From positions 32,001 through 96,000 of the IMG/VR virus record IMGVR_UViG_3300029288_000100: a DNA stretch of 64,000 nt; one strand, written 5' to 3'. Made by a program: the position numbers and the translations under genes. The notes beneath the pieces were generated by a model that worked only from the letters and a program-made list of their open reading frames with translations, was not told where the DNA came from and did no database searches. Source of the DNA: a virus. Lineage: Duplodnaviria > Caudoviricetes. Shown piece after piece: positions 55,876-63,157 of the stretch (position 1 is the stretch's first letter; every line of letters begins with the position of its first letter).

Positions 55876-56231
55876 CAGTTCACCGGCGGATCCAGCTCCA
55901 GGTCATCCTCCCGGGCTGTGATCCGCCGAACGCCGGGGACGCACCGGCTCGAGGTCGCCACGAGCTCGCCGGCCAGGACCACGCCGATCTGCGTCGAGGC
56001 CGCCTCCAGGTCCGCGAACCCGAGCCCGTTGTGGGTCATCGTGCAGGCGTTCGGGTGCGCGGGGTCAATCGCGAACCAGGGCCAGAGCGCTGTCGGGTGG
56101 CCGCAGTGACGCAGAACCCACCCGCTCGTGTGGCGCCACTCCGCCGCGCACTTCGACCACGGATGGGGGTCGACTCTGATCCAACCGAGGTGCGCCATCC
56201 GCTTGTGGCTGATGGGTGGGCGGCGGGTCAC
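55860..56231 (-). CDS. Hypothetical protein (HCGHPTALWPW motif)
   Basis: GTGA overlap at 56228-56231. Confidence 0.6.
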   Translation of the reverse strand: MTRRPPISHKRMAHLGWIRVDPHPWSKCAAEWRHTSGWVLRHCGHPTALWPWFAIDPAHPNACTMTHNGLGFADLEAASTQIGVVLAGELVATSSRCVPGVRRITAREDDLELDPPVNCCVIP

Positions 56232-56446
56232 GGCCGCCCCACCAGCGCGAGCAGCACCCGGGCCTGAGCGCGGGTCAGCTTCATCCGGATGTCCACCGCC
56301 GCAGCAGGAACGATCGCAACATCGAGCGACAGGCTCCACTCAGGCCGGCTACGCCCCCTGGCTGAGCACCAGAGCCCCATGGCGGGGGCGATGTCCCAGC
56401 AGCGGATGCCGCAGTCGCGGTAGCTCGGGCGAAGGTGCTCGGTCAT
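56228..56446 (-). CDS. Hypothetical protein
   Basis: 4-nt overlaps on both sides. Confidence 0.55.
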   Translation of the reverse strand: MTEHLRPSYRDCGIRCWDIAPAMGLWCSARGRSRPEWSLSLDVAIVPAAAVDIRMKLTRAQARVLLALVGRP

Positions 56447-56787
56447 CGCCGTGCCTCTGTGTCCCGGTCCAGGGAGGGCTCCGCGGCCGGCTTGGCCAGC
56501 ACGGCGTCGCAGAGCATCATCGCGCGCTGGTAGTGCTGCACGTGCTCATCACTCGCGTGACTGCGCAGGATCCCGAAGGCGGCCACAAGCTGGTGGCGCG
56601 CGGCGGTAAGCGCCTCGGTCAGCCGCGCCAGCTCCTCCAGCACTGCTGACTCCCCGGCGCAAGCGGACTCGATGGCAGTAGCCATCTTGGCTCTACCGAG
56701 GTCGTACCCGTAGGCGTCGCGCCTGTCCGCCTCGGCTTCACATCGGGCGCGACAGTCGTTGCACTGATCCAGGTGTGTGCAGCGCAT
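56443..56787 (-). CDS. Hypothetical protein (Cys-rich N-terminus)
   Basis: SD GGAGG, TGATG junction. Confidence 0.6.
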   Translation of the reverse strand: MRCTHLDQCNDCRARCEAEADRRDAYGYDLGRAKMATAIESACAGESAVLEELARLTEALTAARHQLVAAFGILRSHASDEHVQHYQRAMMLCDAVLAKPAAEPSLDRDTEARR

Positions 56788-57050
56788 CAGACCACCTCCT
56801 CGTCAAGGAGCTCGGCCTCCGGGTCGAGCTCACCGTACTCCAGCCGGATGCGGAACGACTCCAGCTCCTCCCGCATCCGGTGAAGCACGTGCAACTGGAG
56901 TTGCAGCTCCTTCCAGAGATCCCCCTGTTCCGGCCCCCCGCGGCGCTTCGCATCGCTTTGGCGCCTCCGGAGGTCCGCGACCCACCACCACTGGCGCGGG
57001 ATCTCGCGCTCCAGGTCGGCGATCTCCGCCTCCAGCTCCCGCTTCGTCAC
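56787..57050 (-). CDS. Hypothetical coiled-coil protein
   Basis: (M)TKRELEAEIADLERE; GTGA overlap with the DUF4942 stop. Confidence 0.55.
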   Translation of the reverse strand: MTKRELEAEIADLEREIPRQWWWVADLRRRQSDAKRRGGPEQGDLWKELQLQLHVLHRMREELESFRIRLEYGELDPEAELLDEEVV

Positions 57051-57880
57051 GCGCGCCCCCTGTCCTCCGCGGGAGGGAGGGCCCCTGGATGGTGCTTCGC
57101 CACGATCTCGTTCAGTCGGTCGACCAGGTCCGGCCGCAGAAAGGTCAGATGCCCATTGCTGTTCTTGAAGCACCGGATGGAGATCAGGTCCGCAATCGCC
57201 ACCGGCTCAACCGGGAACCGGGTGTCGAAGGTGATCACCTCCCGGAGCGCGTTGTAGGCGCCCTGCCGGTGATCGGGCTCGGGCCTGCCGTCGAGGACCG
57301 ACATCACGCGGATCAGGTCGTCGAGCCCGTTGCAGCCCGCCAAGCTTGGCCCAGTGTGATACTTCTGCCCGCCGCTGCCCCAGACCTCCACGATGCGCCG
57401 CAGGACAATCCGCTTACCGAAGAGGCGCGGGTTGTTGGTCTTGTAGTCCCAGCTCAGGTGACGAAAGACCTCCACCACCCCGCGCTCGAACATCTCCCGC
57501 CGGGCGGCGAAGAGCTCCTTGAAGGTTTCCTCGATGTTCTCCTGGGTAAGCGCCGGCACCCGGCGCTCGTAGATGTCTTTGGTCCACTGCTCGCGCGCTT
57601 TGGCGTCCATGAAGGTCCTCAGGCCGCTCTTGTTCATGAGGAAGTCCCAGGCCGTCGCGTCCACCCGCTTGACCAGCGCCTCGACATCACCCGGGAGGTA
57701 GGCGTGCACCCGCTGGCACTGCAGACTTGGCACCGCGTCATCTGACCCGAAGGCCGCCTCGCTCAACTCGCCCACCTCGATGAGCAGTGTAGCGATCTGG
57801 CGTAGCCGCTCTGCAATCGCGTTGCGCTGCGCCAGCAGATTGCTGATGGAGACGGACGGCACCAAGTCGGTCGCGTGCAT
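57047..57880 (-). CDS. DUF4942 domain protein
   Basis: AWDFLMNKSG...MD, FERGVVEVFRHLSWDYKTN, FGKRIV, FKNSNGHLTF. Confidence 0.85.
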   Translation of the reverse strand: MHATDLVPSVSISNLLAQRNAIAERLRQIATLLIEVGELSEAAFGSDDAVPSLQCQRVHAYLPGDVEALVKRVDATAWDFLMNKSGLRTFMDAKAREQWTKDIYERRVPALTQENIEETFKELFAARREMFERGVVEVFRHLSWDYKTNNPRLFGKRIVLRRIVEVWGSGGQKYHTGPSLAGCNGLDDLIRVMSVLDGRPEPDHRQGAYNALREVITFDTRFPVEPVAIADLISIRCFKNSNGHLTFLRPDLVDRLNEIVAKHHPGALPPAEDRGRA

Positions 57881-58794
57881 GCGTTCACCTCATGCCTTCT
57901 TCAGCCCGCAGTCGAGGAGGTGCTGGGCCAGCTTCTCTCGTACCTCGAGGTTCTGGGTCAGCCACTGGCAGGCGGCGGCCCGACCCTGGCCGAGCTGCGT
58001 CTCGTTGAGCGCGTACCAGGAGCCGCTCTTCTTGATGACGCCCGCCTCGAGGCCGAGGTCCACTATCTCGGCCTCCCGGTGCACGCCCTTACCGTAGACA
58101 ATGTCGAACTCAGCCTCGCAGAAGGGCGGGGCGAGCTTGTTCTTGACCACCTTGACCAGTGTGCGGTTTCCGATCACCTGGTCTCCCTGCTTGATGGCGT
58201 CGATGCACCGGATGTCCATGCGCACCGAGGCGTAGAACTTGAGCGCAGTGCACACTGCAATCGAGCCGTATGTGACACCGATTTTCTGTCGCGTCTGGCG
58301 GATGAAGAGGATGCTCGTGCCCGTGCGGAAGGCAGCGCCGGTGAGCTTGCGCATCGCCTGGCTCATCAGCCGCGCCCGCAGCCCCATATGGGTGTCGCCC
58401 ATGTCGCCCTCGAGCTCGGCCTTGGGCACCAGCGCCGCGACCGAGTCCACGACCACGATGTCGACCGCGTTCGACTTCACCAGCATATCGGTGATCTCGA
58501 GCGCCTGCTCGCCGTGGTCCGGCTGAGACAACAAGAGCTCCTCGACGCGGACGCCCAGCTTGTGGGCGTAGCCCACGTCGAGCGCGTGCTCGGCGTCGAT
58601 GAAGCCGCACACCCCGCCGCGCCGCTGCACCTCGGCGATGGCGTGGAGGGCCAGGGTGGTCTTGCCCGAGGACTCGGGGCCGTAGACCTCGATCAGCCGG
58701 CCGCGGGGGAGCCCCCCGGTGCCCAGCGCCAGGTCCAGGGTGAGCGACCCTGAGGGGAAGGTCTCTACTGCCGTCGCGTTCATGCGTTCACCTC
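57870..58794. repeat. 22-bp direct repeats GTCGCGT(G/T)CATGCGTTCACCTC at 57870-57891 and 58773-58794 bracketing recA
   Basis: 21 of 22 bases identical, read directly; each copy is SD + ATG + first codons of a gene. Confidence 0.85.
57890..58783 (-). CDS. recA: RecA homologue, N-terminally truncated, with an altered L2 loop
   Basis: [50 protein letters not shown]; start MNATAVETF at 58783 (SD GAGGTGA). Confidence 0.92.
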   Translation of the reverse strand: MNATAVETFPSGSLTLDLALGTGGLPRGRLIEVYGPESSGKTTLALHAIAEVQRRGGVCGFIDAEHALDVGYAHKLGVRVEELLLSQPDHGEQALEITDMLVKSNAVDIVVVDSVAALVPKAELEGDMGDTHMGLRARLMSQAMRKLTGAAFRTGTSILFIRQTRQKIGVTYGSIAVCTALKFYASVRMDIRCIDAIKQGDQVIGNRTLVKVVKNKLAPPFCEAEFDIVYGKGVHREAEIVDLGLEAGVIKKSGSWYALNETQLGQGRAAACQWLTQNLEVREKLAQHLLDCGLKKA

Positions 58795-58797
58795 GTC

Positions 58798-59463
58798 TCA
58801 AGGCAGAAGGTGCAGGGCGGCATCCCGGAGGTACCGCTCCTCCCCATCCACCGCCACGTGGTAGACCCAGGTCACCGCTCGGTGCGGGCACCCGGCCGCG
58901 AAGAGCGCGCGCTCTGCCACCCCGCGGAGCCAGTCCCTTTGAACCGAGCGCTCGACGTCCGCGCGCTCGATCCGCCCCCACTCGCCTGGCCGCCTCTCGA
59001 GGTCCGCGGTTGTGACGCAGCGGAAGCACTCTCCCACCCAGCACGTCTCCCAGCCGCCGCGCCCGAGCTTGTCCACCGTCCAGGTCGCCGCCGGCGGAGT
59101 CAACCCCTGCAGCGCGGTCCGGGCCACCTCCGCCAGTTCGCGAGCTCGTTCCTCTACGTGCGCCGCCATCAGGCGCTTGGTCTCTGCGCGCGCCTCGCGC
59201 TCCGCCGCCTTGACCGCCGGGAAGTCGACCCCTGGGAGAAGCCCCTCAGCGAGCAACTTGGGGCCGCAGCCAGACCCCACCGTCAGGGAGCCCCCACCCG
59301 GTCGCTCGAGCAGCGTCCAGACCACCGCGTGCCGCCTCCCGCACCGCACGCACTCAGGGAGCTCGCACGTGTCGACCGGTAGCCGCTTCCCGGAGTCCCA
59401 GTCAATCGGGCGGACGTCGTGGATCTTGAGCAGCTCGTAGGTCTTGCCAGCGTCGAGCGTCAT
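58798..59463 (-). CDS. Hypothetical protein with Zn-finger-like motif
   Basis: CVRCGRRH...VGSGC. Confidence 0.65.
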   Translation of the reverse strand: MTLDAGKTYELLKIHDVRPIDWDSGKRLPVDTCELPECVRCGRRHAVVWTLLERPGGGSLTVGSGCGPKLLAEGLLPGVDFPAVKAAEREARAETKRLMAAHVEERARELAEVARTALQGLTPPAATWTVDKLGRGGWETCWVGECFRCVTTADLERRPGEWGRIERADVERSVQRDWLRGVAERALFAAGCPHRAVTWVYHVAVDGEERYLRDAALHLLP

Positions 59464-59726
59464 CAGCGCACATCCTCACGCCGGTTGCTGTGCAGAGTCA
59501 CAAGGCGCTCTGCGGCCGCTTCCGGAGTCCGATAGATGATGCAACTGTTAGCAGGCTCGAAGCCGGCGTTGGGGTAGAGCTGGCAGCAAGGAACCAGCGG
59601 GCGCCAGCCACCCTCAGCCCTACGAACCGCACCGACGGTCTTTCCGGCAATGCTGACGCGACCGAAGTTCTGGCTGAGCATTTCAACCTTCATCTGAGCC
59701 TCCTTCGTCTGCGTCTTGTTGTTCAT
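59463..59726 (-). CDS. Small early hypothetical protein
   Basis: Directly behind the promoter; alternative SD-led start at 59693. Confidence 0.6.
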   Translation of the reverse strand: MNNKTQTKEAQMKVEMLSQNFGRVSIAGKTVGAVRRAEGGWRPLVPCCQLYPNAGFEPANSCIIYRTPEAAAERLVTLHSNRREDVR

Positions 59727-59732
59727 GAATCT

Positions 59733-59761
59733 ATCTTAACCGTGGTTAAGCAAAAAGTCAA
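59733..59761 (-). promoter_or_regulatory. Promoter TTGACT-17-TAAGAT with operator CTTAACCGTGGTTAAG (59735-59750)
   Basis: Near-consensus sigma-70 boxes; near-identical to 60773-60801. Confidence 0.85.
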
Positions 59762-60096
59762 TACCCCAAAAGGAACATCAGCTGCAAATCTCGCTGAGCG
59801 TCCTCTTTCCGCCACCGCTCGACGTCCGCATCGCTCGGGAGAACGACGGGAAGGTCCTCAGGTTCATAGATGGTGGGGTCGATCCCTTCCTCCTCGAGTC
59901 GCACTAGCCACCGCGCTGCCTCGAACGGGTCGTGAGCCAGGACCACAGGACCTCCCTGAAGGTCCAGAACACACCAGGTTGGAGTCTCCGGGGTGACCAC
60001 CGCAGGGGTGTACCGGCCAGCGGAGAACCTCTCCCCGAGGTAGCTCCCCCTGGTCACGAGCTGCACCAGGACTTGCTCGATATCGTCGGAGATCAT
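59758..60096 (-). CDS. Hypothetical protein (MISDDIEQVL...)
   Basis: ATGA overlap with the upstream gene. Confidence 0.6.
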   Translation of the reverse strand: MISDDIEQVLVQLVTRGSYLGERFSAGRYTPAVVTPETPTWCVLDLQGGPVVLAHDPFEAARWLVRLEEEGIDPTIYEPEDLPVVLPSDADVERWRKEDAQRDLQLMFLLGY

Positions 60097-60488
60097 GCCG
60101 CCACCCGCCCGGCCTCGCGGAGCACCTTCTCGAGCTGCCAGTGGATCTCCACGTGCTTGTAGAAGTTGCACGAGAAGTAGTCCACCGACGAGTCCGAGTC
60201 GTCCCGCCGGTAGGCGTCGACCAGCCCCTCGAGCTGCTTGAGGAGCGCGCAGGTCTCGGGCGCCTTCGCGTGCGGGCACTCCGGGTCGCCGGCCAACACC
60301 GGGAACCCAGCCGGGAGCGCGGTCACGTTGACGGACAGGGAGCACCCCATGGAGAACCTCGAGATCGTCACGCTCGCCTTGAGGCCGGCGGGGAGCTCGC
60401 CCGCCCGCACTGCCTCCCTGATATCCACGCGGAGCGCCTTGGCGATCTCCGCAACGTCCTGACCCTGGATGTACTTGGAACCGTTCAC
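60093..60488 (-). CDS. LPD29-like (large polyvalent protein-associated domain) protein
   Basis: EIAKALR...KASVTISRFSMGCSLSV...DSDSSVDYFSCNFY; GTG start with SD GGAGG. Confidence 0.65.
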   Translation of the reverse strand: MNGSKYIQGQDVAEIAKALRVDIREAVRAGELPAGLKASVTISRFSMGCSLSVNVTALPAGFPVLAGDPECPHAKAPETCALLKQLEGLVDAYRRDDSDSSVDYFSCNFYKHVEIHWQLEKVLREAGRVAA

Positions 60489-60766
60489 TGGGCACCTCCC
60501 TGCACGATCGCGTAAGCGAGCTCGAAGCCGAGGTCGAACTGCTTGCTCTGCTTGATGAAGGCCGTGAACACCTTGGCGTGGCGGGGGAGGGCCCGACGCA
60601 GCTGCGCGTAGGTGACGATGTTGACGTACGCGAAGGCGTCGACGTCGATCCCCACCTCCGCCGCCCACTCCCGAGCAACCTGGGACAGAGCCTCGTACCC
60701 GTTGCAAGCCGCGATCTTCTTCATCAGCTGCGTCATCTTCGGCTCCTCGGTTCGTGTCGTGTTCAT
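60485..60766 (-). CDS. Small early hypothetical protein
   Basis: Directly behind the promoter; alternative SD-led start at MTQL. Confidence 0.6.
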   Translation of the reverse strand: MNTTRTEEPKMTQLMKKIAACNGYEALSQVAREWAAEVGIDVDAFAYVNIVTYAQLRRALPRHAKVFTAFIKQSKQFDLGFELAYAIVQGGAQ

Positions 60767-60772
60767 GTTCTT

Positions 60773-60801
60773 ATCTTAACCGCGGTTAAGCACAAAGTCA
60801 A
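60773..60801 (-). promoter_or_regulatory. Promoter TTGACT-17-TAAGAT with perfect operator CTTAACCGCGGTTAAG (60775-60790)
   Basis: Read directly. Confidence 0.85.
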
Positions 60802-60840
60802 TCCCCCAGCGAACGATTTTCACCGCGGGCTCGATTATCG

Positions 60841-60869
60841 TTGCCTCCTATCTTAACCTGTGTTAAGCT
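60841..60869 (+). promoter_or_regulatory. Divergent promoter TTGCCT-17-TAAGCT with operator CTTAACCTGTGTTAAG (60852-60867)
   Basis: Read directly; precedes SD GGAGG and ATG 60893. Confidence 0.75.
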
Positions 60870-60892
60870 GTATCTATCAAATGGAGGTCGCC

Positions 60893-61294
60893 ATGACCCA
60901 GCTCGAGACGCTCCGCACCGCCTACCTGATCGCCCTCGACGCCCTGATCGCCCGCTACCCCGGGCAGGAAGTGAATCGCCGAAGCCACCTGGCGTGGCTC
61001 GAGCGCGCGGAGCTCGGGACCGTGACCCGGCGCATCCGGACGAAGGGCGGCTACACGGACATCTCCCGCGGCGCGACGGTCCTCTTTGTCCCGGAGGACC
61101 CGGAGCTCCTCGCCGCGGAGCGGGTGTCGCGTCCGGCAGGGTATGAGGTCTTCGCGCCGCGCGCGGATGGAAATCTGGGGATCACTCTCGTGGGTCAGGG
61201 GACTGTCCGCCCCATCTGCCGGACCTGCGGCGGGTCCGGGCTGGTCCACCCCCACCCGACGGCGCTCATCGCGGTGAGCTGCCCGGACTGCTAG
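60893..61294 (+). CDS. Hypothetical protein with C-terminal DnaJ-type Zn knuckle
   Basis: CRTCGGSG...CPDC; SD GGAGG. Confidence 0.65.
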   Translation: MTQLETLRTAYLIALDALIARYPGQEVNRRSHLAWLERAELGTVTRRIRTKGGYTDISRGATVLFVPEDPELLAAERVSRPAGYEVFAPRADGNLGITLVGQGTVRPICRTCGGSGLVHPHPTALIAVSCPDC

Positions 61295-61342
61295 GAGATT
61301 GACATCAGTGAGGGATGGAGTGGAGAGGAGATGGCGAGCGGA

Positions 61343-61810
61343 TCAGCGCTCGCGGTCTGGAGCGGCGGAAGCTGGGGTGGGCTCCTCAGTGGTCGTCTCA
61401 CCCGGCACCCGCGCCTCTTCCCCGCGGCTCGAGGAGGCCCAGAACCTCTCAGCCGCGTCGACCAGTGCCACCCACCCACCGTGACCGAGCGCCCCCAGCC
61501 GACGCTGCAGATCTGCCCCATCCACCCCCCACTTGGTGTCCAGGCGGTTGAGGGAGATCGCGTCGGCGATCTCCAGAGCAGCCCAGTGTGCCGGGGTGTC
61601 GTGCATCCAGCAGCCGTTGAGCGCGTCCATCACGAGTCGCCACTCGTCGACCGAGAGCTGCGGCAGGTCGCGCCGACAAACCTCGGCGTAGCGACGCAGA
61701 CAGCGCCGGATCACCTCGCTCCGGTCCGCGAAGTTGCTCTCTCGCTCCTCCAGGATCGTCCACTCGGGGTCAAGTAGACGGATGCTCGTCGGTTTGCGGT
61801 CGTTGGCCAT
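61343..61810 (-). CDS. RHH-like DNA-binding hypothetical protein
   Basis: TSIRL...RSEVIRRCLRRY...DALNG...KWGVDG...AERFW, a pattern recurrent in mobile elements. Confidence 0.65.
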   Translation of the reverse strand: MANDRKPTSIRLLDPEWTILEERESNFADRSEVIRRCLRRYAEVCRRDLPQLSVDEWRLVMDALNGCWMHDTPAHWAALEIADAISLNRLDTKWGVDGADLQRRLGALGHGGWVALVDAAERFWASSSRGEEARVPGETTTEEPTPASAAPDRER

Positions 61811-62118
61811 CAGCGCACCTCCCCGTTCTGGACGGCTCTCTCGACCCGCTCCCAGTAGGCCCGGTCCTCGGTCTCACCGACCACCTCCAACGCGGTATGC
61901 TCCGCTGGGTCACTGTAGATCTTCGTGCCGTCCTGCCACCTGTAATTGGCAGCCTCTTTTTCGGTGAGGACGTCGCTCTGCCGGCGCGCGGACAGCGTGC
62001 CCTGGCTCTCGCCCAGCTCGGACAGGTGGGCGTCCAACCAGGCCTCGCCCTCGGAACGAGTGGCGACGTGGCGCCACGAGAACAGCGACGATCCTGGGAG
62101 TCCGAATCTGGCGATCAT
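61810..62118 (-). CDS. Hypothetical protein flanked by 15-bp direct repeats
   Basis: Start MIARF at 62118; CATCAGCGCACCTCC at 61808-61822 and 62116-62130. Confidence 0.6.
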   Translation of the reverse strand: MIARFGLPGSSLFSWRHVATRSEGEAWLDAHLSELGESQGTLSARRQSDVLTEKEAANYRWQDGTKIYSDPAEHTALEVVGETEDRAYWERVERAVQNGEVR

Positions 62119-62441
62119 CAGCGCACCTCCACCGGGATCGACACCCACAGCTCAGCCTCGGGCGACCAGCCCCCACCGCGGCAGGGCCGGCCCAGGGTCA
62201 TCTGGTAGTGCGCGGCAGTCTTATGGCCCCGTTCCACGGCGTAGCCGTCGCTGCGCGGCCCGCCGCAGACCTGCAGCCCCGTGGTGCGCTCGACTGACCG
62301 GACCACCGCGTCAATCGGGCTCTCGCCGTCCTGGGCCACTGCGTAGGTGGCGAAGGCCAGCCCGCTCAGCTTGCGCCCCCACCTGGAAAAGTTGATCCGC
62401 TGTCGTCCCGTCATCTGACCCATGGTACCCTCCGTCATCAT
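62118..62441 (-). CDS. Hypothetical protein
   Basis: Behind putative promoter TTGCCC(62475-62470)-16-TACACT(62453-62448). Confidence 0.6.
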   Translation of the reverse strand: MMTEGTMGQMTGRQRINFSRWGRKLSGLAFATYAVAQDGESPIDAVVRSVERTTGLQVCGGPRSDGYAVERGHKTAAHYQMTLGRPCRGGGWSPEAELWVSIPVEVR

Positions 62442-62518
62442 GCTATCAGTGTAGCACGGCCGTAGGACAGGGCAAGTATATTTGTATGACAGATGTAATA
62501 CCGGTGAGATTAAAGCGC

Positions 62519-63157
62519 TTACTCCCAGGCCTCAGAGAACTCCTGGTCCGCGAACGCCTCCGCGAGCCCTGACACCTGCTTCAACCGCAGCACCTCGTCC
62601 GGGTCCATCCCGAGCTCGCGCGCGATCCACACGTCGTCGTGGTTCCTCCGCGAGAGCTCCACCACGATCTCGCTCATCGCGGCCACCTGGTGCTGCCCGC
62701 GCGCCCGGTTGTGCCGGATGGTCGAAGCGATGCGGTCGCTCCGGTCCCCACGCTCGCGGTTGATGAGCGTGACCGGCAACCGGCCGTGCACCCGCTTGCG
62801 CACCACCCTGGAGTTCCGCCCGACGAGGTTGCGGTGGAACCCGTCCACCACCACGTGTTCGCCCGGGTCCTCCTCAAACGTGACGATCGGCTGTGTGTAG
62901 CCGTCTGAGACGATGCTGAGCTCGAGCAGCTTCATCTCGGGCGGGGCTACGCGGTTCGGGTTGTAGTCGTTGGCGGTCACCTGATCCGCGGGCACCCAGA
63001 TTACGCAGTCCACAGGTTCAGTCGCGAACGGGCTGACCGCGTGCAGGGCGCGGCGCACCCCGTTCAACGCCTCGATCCTGGCATCGCCCTCGAGACGGGC
63101 GATCTCCGCGACCAGCTCCGCCGTCTTGCGCCTCACGGCAGCGTCGTCATGTTCCAT
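62519..63157 (-). CDS. ibrB: IbrB/YbdM-like ParB-N domain protein
   Basis: PVDCVIWV, ANDYNPNRVAPPEMKLL, GYTQPIV, VVDGFHR, STIRHNRARG, LGMDPDEVLRLKQ. Confidence 0.9.
   Translation of the reverse strand: MEHDDAAVRRKTAELVAEIARLEGDARIEALNGVRRALHAVSPFATEPVDCVIWVPADQVTANDYNPNRVAPPEMKLLELSIVSDGYTQPIVTFEEDPGEHVVVDGFHRNLVGRNSRVVRKRVHGRLPVTLINRERGDRSDRIASTIRHNRARGQHQVAAMSEIVVELSRRNHDDVWIARELGMDPDEVLRLKQVSGLAEAFADQEFSEAWE

Noticed and set aside
58784-59044. 87-aa N-terminal extension of RecA given in the ORF track
   Set aside because: Overlaps the 58798-59463 gene, is Arg/Gly/Pro-rich noise with no RecA similarity, and a strong SD precedes ATG 58783.
61299-61330. TTGACA hexamer between convergent genes
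   Set aside because: No matching -10 box at 16-18 bp and no downstream gene in that direction.
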